A DNA stretch of 64,000 nucleotides, from positions 10,356,001 through 10,420,000 of the forward strand of contig NC_045697.1 in assembly GCF_009834535.1 (NCBI RefSeq), given 5' to 3'. The position numbers and the translations under genes are program-made. Shown here in pieces: positions 39,185 through 51,900 of the stretch. Source of the stretch: Camelus ferus (Eukaryota). The first letter of the stretch is position 1, and every line of letters starts with the position of its first letter. The notes under the pieces were generated by a model, which was not told the origin of the DNA, did not search any database, and worked only from the letters and a program-made list of their open reading frames with translations.

Positions 39185-41409
39185 GTAACCCTGGAACGGG
39201 TGGCTGGGTGGCCGAGCAGGCATGGGACGTGTGAACACGGGTTCAGAGGCTGGGCCATCCGGTCATGACTTAACTCCTCTGAATCTCACTTCCTACCTCA
39301 GCAACATTCTGATTCACCCTCTCAGCTCCATGAGGGTGTGAGGATTTAAGGAGCTGAAATGCTCAATTCAGTGGCTGGTACAGAGAAAACGTTCTGAATG
39401 TCAGCTCCAGGTGAGGTCACTGAACAGTCATTATTATTACTGTCACGTCATGGTTGTTGTTAGCATTTCAAATCAGTGATTTTGACTTTGATGTGAAATG
39501 GGGTAACCCCTGCTTTACCGGAGACCCTGGGACACCTGAGACCTAGATGTGGGGGTGAGAAACGTCCCGTAGATGGCTATTAGTGGGAGAGGAGGTGATA
39601 GGAGACTGGAGATAAACAGGAGACATGGAAATGGTCCCCTAAAGGTAGGTCTGTTCTTCAGAGGACATTGTCACCAGAGTTGATGATAGCTGTCCGTAGC
39701 TATAAAATGCCAGTGACTACAGCTTAAATTTCTGTCACCAGTGTCAAACCAAAGATTACAAATAAAGAGGGTGAAGTCCTTAGCCTGGGGTGGACACAGA
39801 GCAATCGACTATTAAGTGTTGTCTGTATTGACCAGGAGGCCGGTGGACACCAGGGCCTTCCACCCACCACCGCCAAGCCCTTTCCGGGCTCTCTGTGTCT
39901 CTTTTGGTCCCATTTCCTGTTCTGGACCCCAGGTGGCCACTGAGTCTACTGTTAATCAGGGTGAAGGGGACTTTCATCAAATCCTCCACCATAGCCGCAG
40001 TTTGGAACTAAGCAGGGGTCCGCACCAAAGACATTCTCATTTCTCTTATCTCCTGCCCGCTCTGGGGCCGGGTTGCAGGGGAAGGAAGGCTCCATCTGCA
40101 CCTGCTTCCCAGAGCTTCTGTCTGGAGTGCAGGCTGCCTGAGCCCCTCACTGAGGAACGGGAGGCTGCAGATACATCAACGGAGTATAGGGTCCCAACGA
40201 CAACTCAGGGGTGATGTCAACAGTATACGTCAAAACCCGGATACTCTACCCAGTGAATCTGCCCGACTTCAAAGCGGCTCCAAGCCATCATCCATACTTC
40301 CTCCAGCTCTAGAGTGGGAATCCAATAATCCTGCCCATGTTTTATGAACCCTTAGAATCTGCTGGGTAGTCTGAGCACGAGGATAGGCGGTGAGAATAGT
40401 GATGTGGGCAGGGTCTGAACCACCACAGAGACGTATTCAACAAACGTTAAATGTCATTTAAATGATTTGATCTTTACAACAATCCTGTGAGGTAGGGACT
40501 CTTGCGATCCTTGTTTCACAGATAGGAAAAATGAGGACAGAGAGGCCAGGAAACTTAACCAGACTTATCACAGAGCTGGTAAGCGCAGCAGCCGGACACC
40601 AGATTTTCAGCCACAACATTGAACAGCCGCCTTCTATCTGCGTGCATTTTTTTTAATTAAAACTTTTTTCTTATCAAACATGTAACAGCTGCTCATGACA
40701 GAAAATGACAAATTGTAGAAAATGTAAAAAAGAAAATGAATCATCTGTATTCCTGCTACCTAAGGGGACCCTCTTCAGCAGAGCGGTCATTGGATCTTGG
40801 CATTTGCAGATTTAACCGTGACTGTTCGCGTATCTGGAAGCAGTCTGAGAGGAGCATGGTGTGGAGCAGGTTGCCGCTTTGCTGCGGCTGGTGCTGGGTT
40901 TCTCTCTGCTAAAGAACAAGCCCAGAATTTCAAGTGCTCCGTGACGCCCCTTCCTCTGCCCCTGCCTTCAGTCTAGAATAAACATTTTATCAGGGAAATT
41001 ACATGTTCCAGGAGTGTTCTGAACTGGAGATTTGGAAACTTCTCGGAACCTGTCTCTCTCCCTTGGAGATTTCAGGGGTTGACTCATAGTCCCAGACTTC
41101 TGTCCCTGAATTTTTAACAAGGTAGAGTTCATGCTCTGTCCACCTAGTCTCGCATTTTGCTTTGACTATAAGCACCTTCTATGCTATTGCAAATCTTATG
41201 GCGACTTTTATCAATGGCTGGCTAGTAGTTCAGACATGTGACTGCCATGATGTGCTTACCCTTCCCTGTTGTTGACTGCTTCTTAGATTGGTTACAAACC
41301 GTGCTGCACTATCCACCTTTGTGCACATCTTTGTACACCAGATGGTCCTTAGTGCTGTTTACCAAGTATTCCTTGCTCATCTTCTGAACACGTGATTTAT
41401 ACACATTCT

Positions 41410-41740
41410 GTCTCATGAAGTTACTTCTGTGTGACTTGCACGGGCCAGTAAGCTGTGAGAAGGAAGGACTGTGTGACTTCTGGGTGGAAGCCTTTAAGGA
41501 CTGGTTTGTGATTTGCCACTGTTTTCTCCCTTCGCTGATAACCAGTGACTCTGCAGATGTGGAGACTTCATTGGCTTGGGTCCCAGAAGGAGGACACGGG
41601 GAGCCACATCCAAGCCTCAAACCCCAAACCTGTGAGAAACATATAGGGAGTGCAAGAAGTAAATCTTCGCTGTTTAAAGCCACTATGATTTTGAGGTTGC
41701 TTGTGATGGCAGCATAAGTTAGTTTTCTCCAGCTGATACA
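41410..41740. mobile_element. MLT1-type LTR
   Basis: TGTTTAAAGCCACTATGATTTTGAGGTTGCTTGTGATGGCAGCATAA...CTGATACA, an MLT1 end. Confidence 0.6.
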
Positions 41741-42019
41741 ATGCTGGAATCTGATACTCATTTGCATTTTTTTCTTAGGGTAGATTCCCAGACATGGAAT
41801 TACTAAGTTTATGAGTTTTTGACATTTCAAAGCAATTTGCTTTCCAGGATATACCAGTTGGCATCCCTTCTAGCTCTACAAAATACCAAATTTATCACAT
41901 CCTCTCCAGTATGGAGAATTGTCAGTTGAAAAGACAATTGACCATCCCCTAGCTGAAAAAGAACGTCTTATTGTACTTGGTGTTTTGGGTTTTTTTGTTT
42001 TTTTTTTTTGTTTTTGCAG

Positions 42020-42096
42020 TATGCAAAGGATAGTTCTGGGGTGATCTACGTCATGCTGAATGGTTCAGAGCCAAGAGGAGCCTATCCTGTAAAAGG
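42020..42096 (+). CDS. BST1: BST1 exon 5
   Basis: YAKDSSGVIYVMLNGSEPRGAYPVK(G); AG/GTAAG flanks; 77 nt. Confidence 0.97.
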
Positions 42097-42419
42097 GTAA
42101 GAATGAGCACTGACATAGACTACAAAGATATCAAAATGTTTTTTAGTTGTTTTGAATGGAGACTTAAGAGAATCATCCTAACCCCAGCCTAATGTTTGTT
42201 TTGTATGTTCAGATAGAGCAAAGCATTTGAATGACCTGGAGATCAGAGCCATATCTATACATTTATACCCCTAACAGCTAATGAATGCATGAATGCAATA
42301 TAAAAATGAAAGTTAAAAAGTAACCCTCAAAAGCTTTAAAATGTAAATCAACTAACAATGTGATGGGAACAGTATCATATTGCTTTAAGACTTTAGGAAA
42401 TGTCTTTCCTGTTTCTCAG

Positions 42420-42512
42420 TTTTTTTGCAGATTTTGAAATTCCCCACTTACAGAAGGACAAAATCACACGAATTGAGATCTGGGTCATGCATAACATCGG
42501 GGGACCCATCAT
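42420..42512 (+). CDS. BST1: BST1 exon 6 (contains the catalytic Glu)
   Basis: FFADFEIPHLQKDKITRIEIWVMHNIGGPI; the Glu in DFEIP is the position equivalent to CD38 E226; 93 nt, AG/GTAAG. Confidence 0.96.
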
Positions 42513-45147
42513 GTAAGTTACGGTGCTACTGGCGATGGTCATTGTGCAAACATGCTTTTCTTGGATGTGATATGATCAAGTCTGATTTACATGTTCATTT
42601 CGAGGGGAACAACGGTCGCCTATGCTTCTAATTTGGTGGGCAGAGAAAGGCAAAGGCTTGACTTTCTGGAAATACCACTAGCCAGTCCTGAGCCCAGAGG
42701 AAAGCTCCTTTATCCAGATAGTCCTCTCAGCCTTTCTGAGCGACCTGGGCAGCTCTGGAGAGGAGAGGTCCTTATGCATCTGTGTGGGTCAAAGCCAGTT
42801 TCTCTGCCTGGTCATTTGAAGCTCCAAAACCTCACCAGGAGTTCTCAAAATTGACTCATGGGCTATGTAATGAAGCTGTTCTCCTCAGAGAACAACCAGT
42901 TTCACAACTGGGTCTCAGATAGCTGGCCGAGGAAACTTTTACAATCCGTGATTTTTCTGGGTAACCACTAACTTAAGTGGTTCTAAACATGCAAGCTTAA
43001 ACTCATCCTTCTCATCAACAAAGGGCACTGCTGCAAAACTAAAGCTAAAAAACTTAAATCCAGCTGGTTCAGAGACAAGCCAACGAGATCAAGGCTGGTT
43101 AAAGCTGTGCAGCCATGATGGTGCTTCAGAGGTGCTGGGGCCTCGTTCCTCAGAGCACCGAAGCTCAGTGGAGGACAGTATTGGGTAGATGTATTATTAA
43201 AAGCATGTTCTGGGAGGATCTTAGCAAATTCCCTGTTTCAGACCCCCAGGACTCCCTAAGACTCACCACATAATGAGTGATATTTTTTCCAGTCTCTTGG
43301 GTAATAGATTAAATTTACAAACGATTTATTACATAATCATACCAGAATCTGCTTTTCTCTTCCCATACGTATTGTTGCGTGAAGAACAATGTGCATTATT
43401 TTTCTTGTTTCTGGGAGAAGTTTCTTTTCATCTAGAAATTATGCTTGCCTGCTGTTCTAATGTATCTGTCAGAGGAAGCTTGTCCTCTGAGTCTACTTTT
43501 AATGAGATAAGGACATTGCAATGCTGTGTCATCTCAGCCCATCATTTCTGTGGCAGGAGAGATGATAAAAGGGGCCAGAACCCCAAGTTGTACACATTTG
43601 GGCCATAGGATGGAGATGTGGGTCATGAACTAAGAAAGTGGGTGTCCTAAACTGCTCAGATTTTAGGGGAAAAAATCATGGACAGAGAGCTAAGAACAAT
43701 GCAGCTAATAACTGTGTTTAGTGCTGCTTCGGCTGCCTTTATTTTAAAACAAAACAAAACAAAAAAGCAGAATAACTCATTGACTGAACACTGTGTCTCG
43801 GTGTCTTAAAACCTCCATGTCTCTGCTCACCAAAAAAATTCAGTAGTGAGCTTGGCCCAGAGAAGGGCATCGTCCCAGATTTGGCAAGGTTCCCAAACCC
43901 CCAAACATGATGTCACTCAACACCTTGCCCTCTTCATTCCTGTAATGCCTGGAATTCCACTTTTGTGAAAACCTCCTCCAATGGCTCATTTTCCCCGTAC
44001 ACTCCCTGTTAATTTTACAGTGAGGGGGCTGTTTACCTCCCCAGTCCAGGGAAACTGAGCCTGGGCCTTGCCTGTGATCTGAATCCTTGCCTGTGAAACT
44101 GAGCCTGGGCCTTGCCTGTGATCTGTGCTGGGGAGAGCAGGCAGCGTTGTATCCACCTCTGTTTGTCTTGATAAATCTCCCTGCTTCATTATGACCATCA
44201 GGAGGGTGATCATGATGACAATGTGGGGAGAGGAACATCTTCTACTCTGTTGGGGGTGGTCAGCATGGGGTTCAGCTTTACAGGGCCTATTAAGAGCCTT
44301 AAAATGCATTCAAAACCTTGGTGCCAGAAAACCTACTTGTAGGAATTTAATGCCAAGGAAACAATTAAGCACGGGTATGAAAATGAAGCTTCAACAAAGT
44401 TTGCTGTCATATCAATGACGTTGAAATGTAGGAATGAACCTTGGTCTTTAACAAGAGGGGCTGCTTTTATGAATTATGTTCTGATTATGTAAAGGAGACC
44501 AGGCAGGAATCAAAAATAATGCCAGAGAGGTATATATCTGTATACACAGACATGGGCAAACACAGATTACAAAAGGCATCAGACAGCAGAACAGCATTGT
44601 TATATTTTAAAAATCTCATGAGAATAAATGTATTTAAAAAGTCTAGAATGATGTCCACCAAAATGTTAGCAGCAGTCATCTCTAGTGGTGTGCGAATTGG
44701 GGCTCTTTCCCCCTTTTGTTCATATGCATTTTCTAATATTTTTTGGTTTGCATGTTTCTGTTTCCATTTATAGCTTAACTTAATACACCGTGGGCTAAAC
44801 CAGTTGGCAGGCAGCACTGGGCGGTCGGTGCACAGCACGGGGCTGTGTTGGGGGGTGGGGCTGTGATGCACCGTGTGGCGCACCGCGCATGCGCCGGCCC
44901 AGACCCTCCCAGTGAGTGACTCGCAAACCTGGGACGGGTTTGAAGGCCCAGAACATCCCCTCCTGGGGAGCCGAGCGTTGACTGCTGGCGGCGCTTTTGA
45001 GTCTAAAGAACTTCCCGCATAGTTCTCCAGAGAAGAGACTATCTCTGGAGCACACAGTCAAAGTAATTTTCGCTTAACGCAGAAACGGCTTCCTCCATCC
45101 GCTTCTCCTTTTATTTTATTTTTTATATATGTATTTCTGTGTTTCAG

Positions 45148-45234
45148 AGAATCCTGTGGAGAAGGCAGTGTGAAAACCCTGGAGGAGAGACTGGAGAGGC
45201 TGGGTTTTCAGTACAGCTGTATCAATGATTACCA
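45148..45234 (+). CDS. BST1: BST1 exon 7
   Basis: ESCGEGSVKTLEERLERLGFQYSCINDY; AG/GTAGG; 87 nt. Confidence 0.96.
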
Positions 45235-47959
45235 GTAGGTGGCATATGATAATCTGTGCATATATTCAAAGCAGGGGCGGTGATTTTGGAGGGCAGAGGG
45301 CAGTTGAAAGGGTTTTTCAGGGATCAGCTCCAAAGGCCTTGAACTGTGCCTTTTGGGTAGTCACTGGGTTTGGAGACCGGGAGTGCCTTCTGGCTGGAGT
45401 TCTGCCTGGCCCCCACCCACTTCTGTCCGGAGTCTTAGGGGACAGACAGCAGCTGTTTGTCATTTGTGTGTGTCTAGTTTCCTCCTTGCTTGCTTACAGC
45501 TTGGTGAGTCACCTGAGAACGGAGACTGTGCTTCCAGTATCTTTGGATGCTACACTGTCCACCATAGGTGCTAAGGTGGAGTTTGAGATACAGACAGATG
45601 CATCGTGCCTGTGGACCCATAGGAAAATCGTCACAGCTGCCATTTAAGGAGCACATTATGGGCCAGGCACTTTATGTACTTACAATCAGATATTGTTTGT
45701 AGGCGTTCCTGATTCTTGGAAATGTAAATAAGTTTGGCTCAAACCCTGGGACAGTTCAAAGCCCTCCCCGGGGCTGGGAATCCCTCACCTAGCAGCTACC
45801 TGCTTCTCTCTGTGTCAGCCCCTAGGTCTGCAGGCCTGTTTACTCCCTCAGGGTCTGGAGTCCAGCCCGGCTAGGACTTCCATTTGTGGGTATGGCCTGG
45901 TGCAAATTACATCTGCAGTCTTGTCCAGCACCTGTGACCGTCCCACAGGCTCTGCTGCCTTCTGCCTTCTCAAAAGTTCCGGGATCCTGATAACCCTCCC
46001 ACCTAAGCCAAGCCCCGAAAGTGTGGGTCTCCCCTACTCAGGCCTCCCCAGGAGAACCAGCCCCTCTGAGCTGTTCTCTTTTCCACAGCTTGAAGCTGTA
46101 CCATTTCACTCATCTGTTCCTGCTAATGCTCTCAGGACACTCTAGGTGTTGTTATCACCCTCTTAAAAACAAAGCAGAGCACATTTTCTTATTTGGAAAT
46201 ATAACCTACGTACACAGAAATGCAGAAACCATAAGTGTACAGTTGCGTGACTGTGCATACACCCGTGCCCAGCGTGCAGATCGAGAAACGGCACAGCCAG
46301 CAACCTGGTCTCCCCTGGCCTCTCTTTCAGGCTCCCCGCCTCACACACTCTCCAGATGTGTAGGATCATAGTTTCATTTTGTCTGTTTTTAAGATTTATA
46401 TAAACATCCCCTTTTTATGATTGGATAAATTAAGGGTCAGAGAGGTTAAGCAAGTTTCCCAAGGTCACCAGCCAGTGACAGAGCTGAGTTTTGAATCCAG
46501 CATTGGGTGGCCCTGAAACTTGCTCTTTTCTTTCTCCTACAGGACTCTTTTCTTAATCCAAGCACCAGATTTTAGTAAATTAGATAAAAGGTAGTTCTTA
46601 TTCGAAAACAGCTCAGTGATAGAGAAAATTGTGGCTGTAAGTTATGAGCACAGTTATGATTGATTTGCTTTGGCCCAGAAACTCCCCAAGGAGGGTGTAT
46701 TTTTATAAGGTGTCAGGCCAAGTGTGGGGCCCAGTCAGAGCCCAGGGTCTCCTTCCCTGCTCACAACTGTCCTCAGGGTCTCAGCCTACTTTTCTGGCTC
46801 TGGTTGCCTCCACCAAAGCTGGCTTCAGGGCTCCTCCCTCGCACGCCCAGCTCAGTCCTCCGGTCCCGTTTCTGTGCTGCCCGTGGGCTCTCTCTGTGTT
46901 CAGGTGGGCTTCTGTGTTGCTCTGGATCCCAGAAGAGGTGACAGCAGGCTTACACGGGAGAGCCACAAAGGGTGACAAATCCAGCTGCGAGCTGGATGTG
47001 AGTGAGAACCCCCTGCCTCTCAAAATCCAGGTGACACTGACCTCTGTCCTGTGGCAGTCACAAGTTCTCCCCACGATTCTTACACATTTTGGCGAGGTCT
47101 TTATTCCAGAGCCTCTGTTGTCTCCTGGTTGCTTTCTGCTTAGCGCTGTGTTGAAGCAGACTCAGTGAAACTCTGGGGTTTTTTTTTTTTTTTTTGAGGT
47201 GGGGGGACATAACAGAGCAATAACAAACTGCTCTAGTGAAAAAAAACAAAAACAAAAAAAACTGAGTAGCGTAGGCTGGACTGGAAAGTAGGCAGACGAG
47301 TCCCAGGAAGGCATCACGATAACAAGCCATAGACCGTACAACGTGTTTCCTGTTCTTCCAAAGTCCCCTCCGGTCGCCCTGCCACCAGACAGCCTCTCTT
47401 GGCCTGCTGCCCACCGACCTGGCCCCTGTCCCCACTGCTGCTTTCCCTTCTCTCCTGGCTACCTGGAACCCCACAGCTTCTTTAGCTTTCTCTGCTAAAT
47501 TGTGGCCACCAGCCATCACTCGTGTGCCGACGTCCAACCTTCTGCCCAAAGTTCTTATCAAGAGGTTTTTCCAAGCAAAATCGTACATCTTTACAGAAGT
47601 GGTCCCACGCTTGGGCTCTGGCATGGAGGTTCAGGTTCAGCTCCCTGGCTCGCTACTGTGAGGACTTGGGCTGGTCCTTCAGGGCAGCTTTCTCAGCTGT
47701 ACGCTGGAGACACAGTAGTACCCTGCTCCATCTGGTGGTTGTGGAGATTGAATGCCATAATCTGTGTGAAATACCTAATTAGACTTCTTGGTACATAGTA
47801 AGTGCTCAGTAAATGCTGGCTAATATTTTGGGGGTAAAAAACCAAAACTGTGTGTTCTTTGAGGTCAGAAACTTTGTATCCGCAGTACCTTCCAGGCACT
47901 CTGTAAATGTTTTATGAATGAAAGTCATTTAAATAATCTCTTAAACATTACTTACTTTC

Positions 47960-48077
47960 TTTTTTTTTATTGAAGTATAGCCTGTTTACAGCGTTGTGTT
48001 AATGTCTGGTGTAAATCATAGTGATTCAGATGTATGTATGTATGTGTGTATATATGTATACATTCCTTTTCATATTC
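47960..48077 (-). mobile_element. Short antisense L1 3' tail directly upstream of BST1 exon 8
   Basis: Poly-T followed by TATTGAAGTATAG...GCGTTGTGTTAATGTCTGGTG...GTGATTCAG...CATTCCTTTTCATATTC; same family as the tails at 685, 6093, 36620 and 38170. Confidence 0.85.
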
Positions 48078-48086
48078 ATTTTCTAG

Positions 48087-48146
48087 ATCAGTGAAGCTGT
48101 TACAGTGCGTGGATCACAGCACTCACCCGGACTGTGCCTTAAATTC
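48087..48146 (+). CDS. BST1: BST1 exon 8
   Basis: SVKLLQCVDHSTHPDCALN(S); ttctAG/GTAAG; 60 nt. Confidence 0.96.
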
Positions 48147-48449
48147 GTAAGTAAAGGTTTTAACCCAGCTTCCCTGCTTCCCTAAGGTAGCCAGTCCTTA
48201 CTATTTACAGAACACTGGTGAATTGCAATATGATTTTGCACCCACCCCCTAAAATGCCCAGCTGCAGAGCCAGGTTGGTACTTCTGCACTGCACTTCCCT
48301 CCGGCTCTGAGCTGCTAGGTTGGCACAGCTGTGCTGAACATCTGTGCAGCTAAGCTGAACCCCTGCCTGTACTGCAGAGCAGAGGCTGCACTAGCTTCAG
48401 CACAGAGTCTGGGAGTGGAGCGGCAAGAGGACCTTCGAACATTGATTTC

Positions 48450-48904
48450 TGTTGACCTTAAAACTAAGTTAATTTTACTAGCAAAAATGGGTTTATTTGG
48501 GAAGAGCAGGGAATTGCAATTCGAGACAAACAAGCTATAGCAAAAGCCATAGGCAAGTCCAACAGACAAAGGAGAGGAACGTTATTTTATAGAGAAAAAG
48601 GAGGAGGTTGGGAAGGGGTGTTTTGAATGAACGTCCTTCAGAGAAAAACGGGAGTTCAGGGTGACGACGACGGTTTCCCATTGCCTGAGTTGCTGGGGTG
48701 GTCAGTTTCTCAGGGAATATGCCACGTACATGTCTCCTGCTGTGGCCTGTAACAGATGATTCATTCCTGTTGATGTTTCTTCTGCTGGGGTCTGCAAGGA
48801 CCCAGTTCTTCCTGTAACTGATGTGAGTGGTCCTGCGTGAGGGCTCCCCCTTCTGGCCTCCTGACTCCATTTTAGTGGTGAGGTTTCCTTTGATCAATTT
48901 CACA
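48450..48904 (-). mobile_element. Solo LTR (same family as 59939-60402)
   Basis: Shares AAATGGGTTTATTTGGGA...TTGCAATTC and GACTCCATTTTAG.G..AGGTT...AATTT(T)CACA with the second copy. Confidence 0.7.
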
Positions 48905-51900
48905 TTTCTTAATCTTAATATATTTTTAAGTCATGTTAACGTTTTTGAAAAGGTAGTGCATGGACATGGGGTGAAATTCAAAGTTATAAAAGGGTAGAGA
49001 AAGTGAAAAAAATCTTTCTTCCTCTATTTCTAGTCACCCGATTTCCTTACCCAGAGACAACCACGATTTCTAGTTTCTTGTGTATCCTTCTAGAATATTC
49101 TGTGTCTGTTACACACGCACACACACACACACACAGAGGCATATTTCTCTTATACCATTCGTATAAGTGGTAGTCTGCATAGGATTCTGCAACGCTCTTC
49201 TTTCACATAATGGTGTTTTGGTGCTGTGTCTCTGGAATTCTGTTATAGGTACATATGATTTATTTAACTCATTGCCCATAGGTGGACATTTGGATTGTTT
49301 CCAGTATTTAGCTATCATCAACAGTGAATGAGATGATTTCTTCTCCCTCTACTCCCATTTCCTCAAAGTAATTTCTTTCAGCATTCTGGTCCATCTCCTC
49401 CCATACGTCCTCAGTGCACTCACAGACACAGGTGTAAGTTTGTTCATCCATTTATTTTTGGTTTGGTCTTATTTTCATTTATCCCTTTGCCTTTGTTTTT
49501 GTACAAAAAGCAGTCACTGTAGACAGACTCTTCTGCTGTGGGCTTTTTTCACTGAGCAGTATAAGGATGTCATCCTTCTCAGTCTGTTCACACTTTCTGA
49601 CTCGGTCTTTTTTGTGGCTGCGGAGTATCCCGTCGGAGAGCCACTTGCCATTTATTTAACCGTTTTCTAGCCGCAGGCTGACTTAGCTGTAGGTTGTGGT
49701 TGCAGTTGTTTTGTTATTATAGACTATGCTGAACTGCAGTCCTTGATTCCATACCGTGAGCCCTTGGGCAAGGATTTGTGTGGGATGGATTACCGGAAGG
49801 GGAGTTGCTGGGTCAGAGGATGTGTGTAGTTTGAGTCTTGATATGTCTCAGAAAGGCTGCCCCTTGGATGCGCTCCCGCCAGTGATGTGGGCTGGGGGCT
49901 CCCTCCGCCCCTCCTGCAGCCACCCTGGGCACTGTCTGCAGCTGTATCTGAATCTGCATCTGTGCCTGAGCTTGCACCTGTATCTGTGCCTAATTTTAGT
50001 CAGTCTTATGGATAAAACATGATGCTTTATTGCTCTTTTGATTTGCATTGGCAGGAAGATCTCTGATGCTGCTGCCTGAGTTCTCGTCCCTTCCTGTCCT
50101 ATCTGCTAAAATCGTATGTACCCTTGAGGGCCCAGTGCCTCTTGTCCCTTCGTCTGCAAGGCTTTCCTGATTCCACAGGCGGATCTAAGAGTCCCCTGTT
50201 CTGTGCTCCGTGGACTTTGTCCACAGCCTGACTATAGTGCTCCCCTCTTCCCAGCCACGTTGCAACTCATTCGTCACCATCTGTCTCCAACATTCGACTC
50301 GGCGGTTGCATCAGTCTCCTCTTTACTTGTTTCATCGCAGTGGCACATAGTGGGCGCTCCATAAATGTCTGTGGGAGACAGAGGGGGAAGGAGGGGCTGC
50401 TCATCGACCCCGCCTAGTTTTGCTTCCCTTCTTCATTTAGTGATAGAAGCCTTGAGTGTTAGTTGGGCTCATGGCTGCCAGGAATAGCCAGAGTGCTCCC
50501 TCACCTCCCTTTCCTCTGTGGCCGAGTGATGTGTGTGACTTGAAAGGGAGGCACGTTCGTTCCCTCTCCTGTCGGCTGTTGTCAGGTGAGCCACCCTCAC
50601 TGGGCATGACAGGGCAACACCACAGGGGGAGCTGCGTGCCCCCTACCCTGGAGCCACCAGCTCAGCCCAGACAGTTACTGAGAGAGAAATAAACACGTCT
50701 TGTCTAGACGACTGGGACTTGGGCTCATTACGACAGCAACCAGACCTGTGTCCGAACTGACGTGGGCAGTTTCTGCTACCCTCACTTCAGAGGTGAAGAA
50801 ACTGGCCCAGAGAAACTGTGATAGAGGCCTTGCCCAAGACCACCCGGCCTGTGAGGGGGTCTGAGGCGAGTCTATGAGGTTTCCAGATTCCACAGCGGCA
50901 ACCGTTAAGGCTCTTCTGACTGGAAATTAAGACGACAGATCCACCGTCACTGGGCTGTGTCTCAGGGTGGCTGGTGAGGTTAAGTCCTCTCTCATGCTCT
51001 GTACTTCACTCCCTGTGAATTAGGCAAGCGTTGTTTGTTTGTTTGTTTTGAGTCTTCTCACAGAAAATGAAGTAAGTCTATGGACCTGGGCCTTTACTTT
51101 TCTCACCTGAAAAATCAAACCCACCCTCCTGTCCCTGCTGCTCAGAACCCTTCAAATTCCCGGCCACCACGTCCAAACTTCTGGCCTGGCCTTCTGGGTT
51201 TTTCATCCTCCTTCTAAACACACCACCCACTGCACCCCACCAGGAACTTTCCCTTCAGGCCAGCTTTGATCCGCTTCCCTGAAGACACCCTGTGCTTTCC
51301 TGCCCACAGTCCTGTGGACCCTGACCCTTTGCCAAGTTCTTCTCCACTTTCATTGCCCTGGAAGGAATTTTACTAATCTCTTTTTAACAACTTAGCAAAG
51401 AATATTGGTAGATAATTTACAAAAGACGGACCACCAGTGGCAAATATAGAACATTATTTCACTGCTCTAATAAGAGTGACATACAAATTTAATAAGGTGC
51501 GATTTCCACCTCAACTTCTTTGACATACCGCAGCAAAAAAAACAGCTGAAAAAGATTTTAAAGATGTTAGTCAGTGCTTGCTAGCATGGTAAACTGGGAA
51601 AATGCTTTGAGAGAACACTTTGACAACATGTACCAAGAATTATAAAATTATTCATAATCTTTGATCTAAGTCAGACCCCAGGGTACTCCTGGTACCCTAT
51701 TCTAAAGAAATGATTTAAAATGTAGATGCGGTCTACATGGTCACAGGTGTTTCCCCAAAGTGTTCTTTTTAGTATTGAATCAGAAGTGCAGACACTGGGA
51801 GCTGGACCTAAATATTCAAGGAAAACTAAATGGTTACATGGAAGGGTTACGCTTATGACATGGGATAGAGTGGAGCCGCTAAAAACAATGGTAAATGGTA

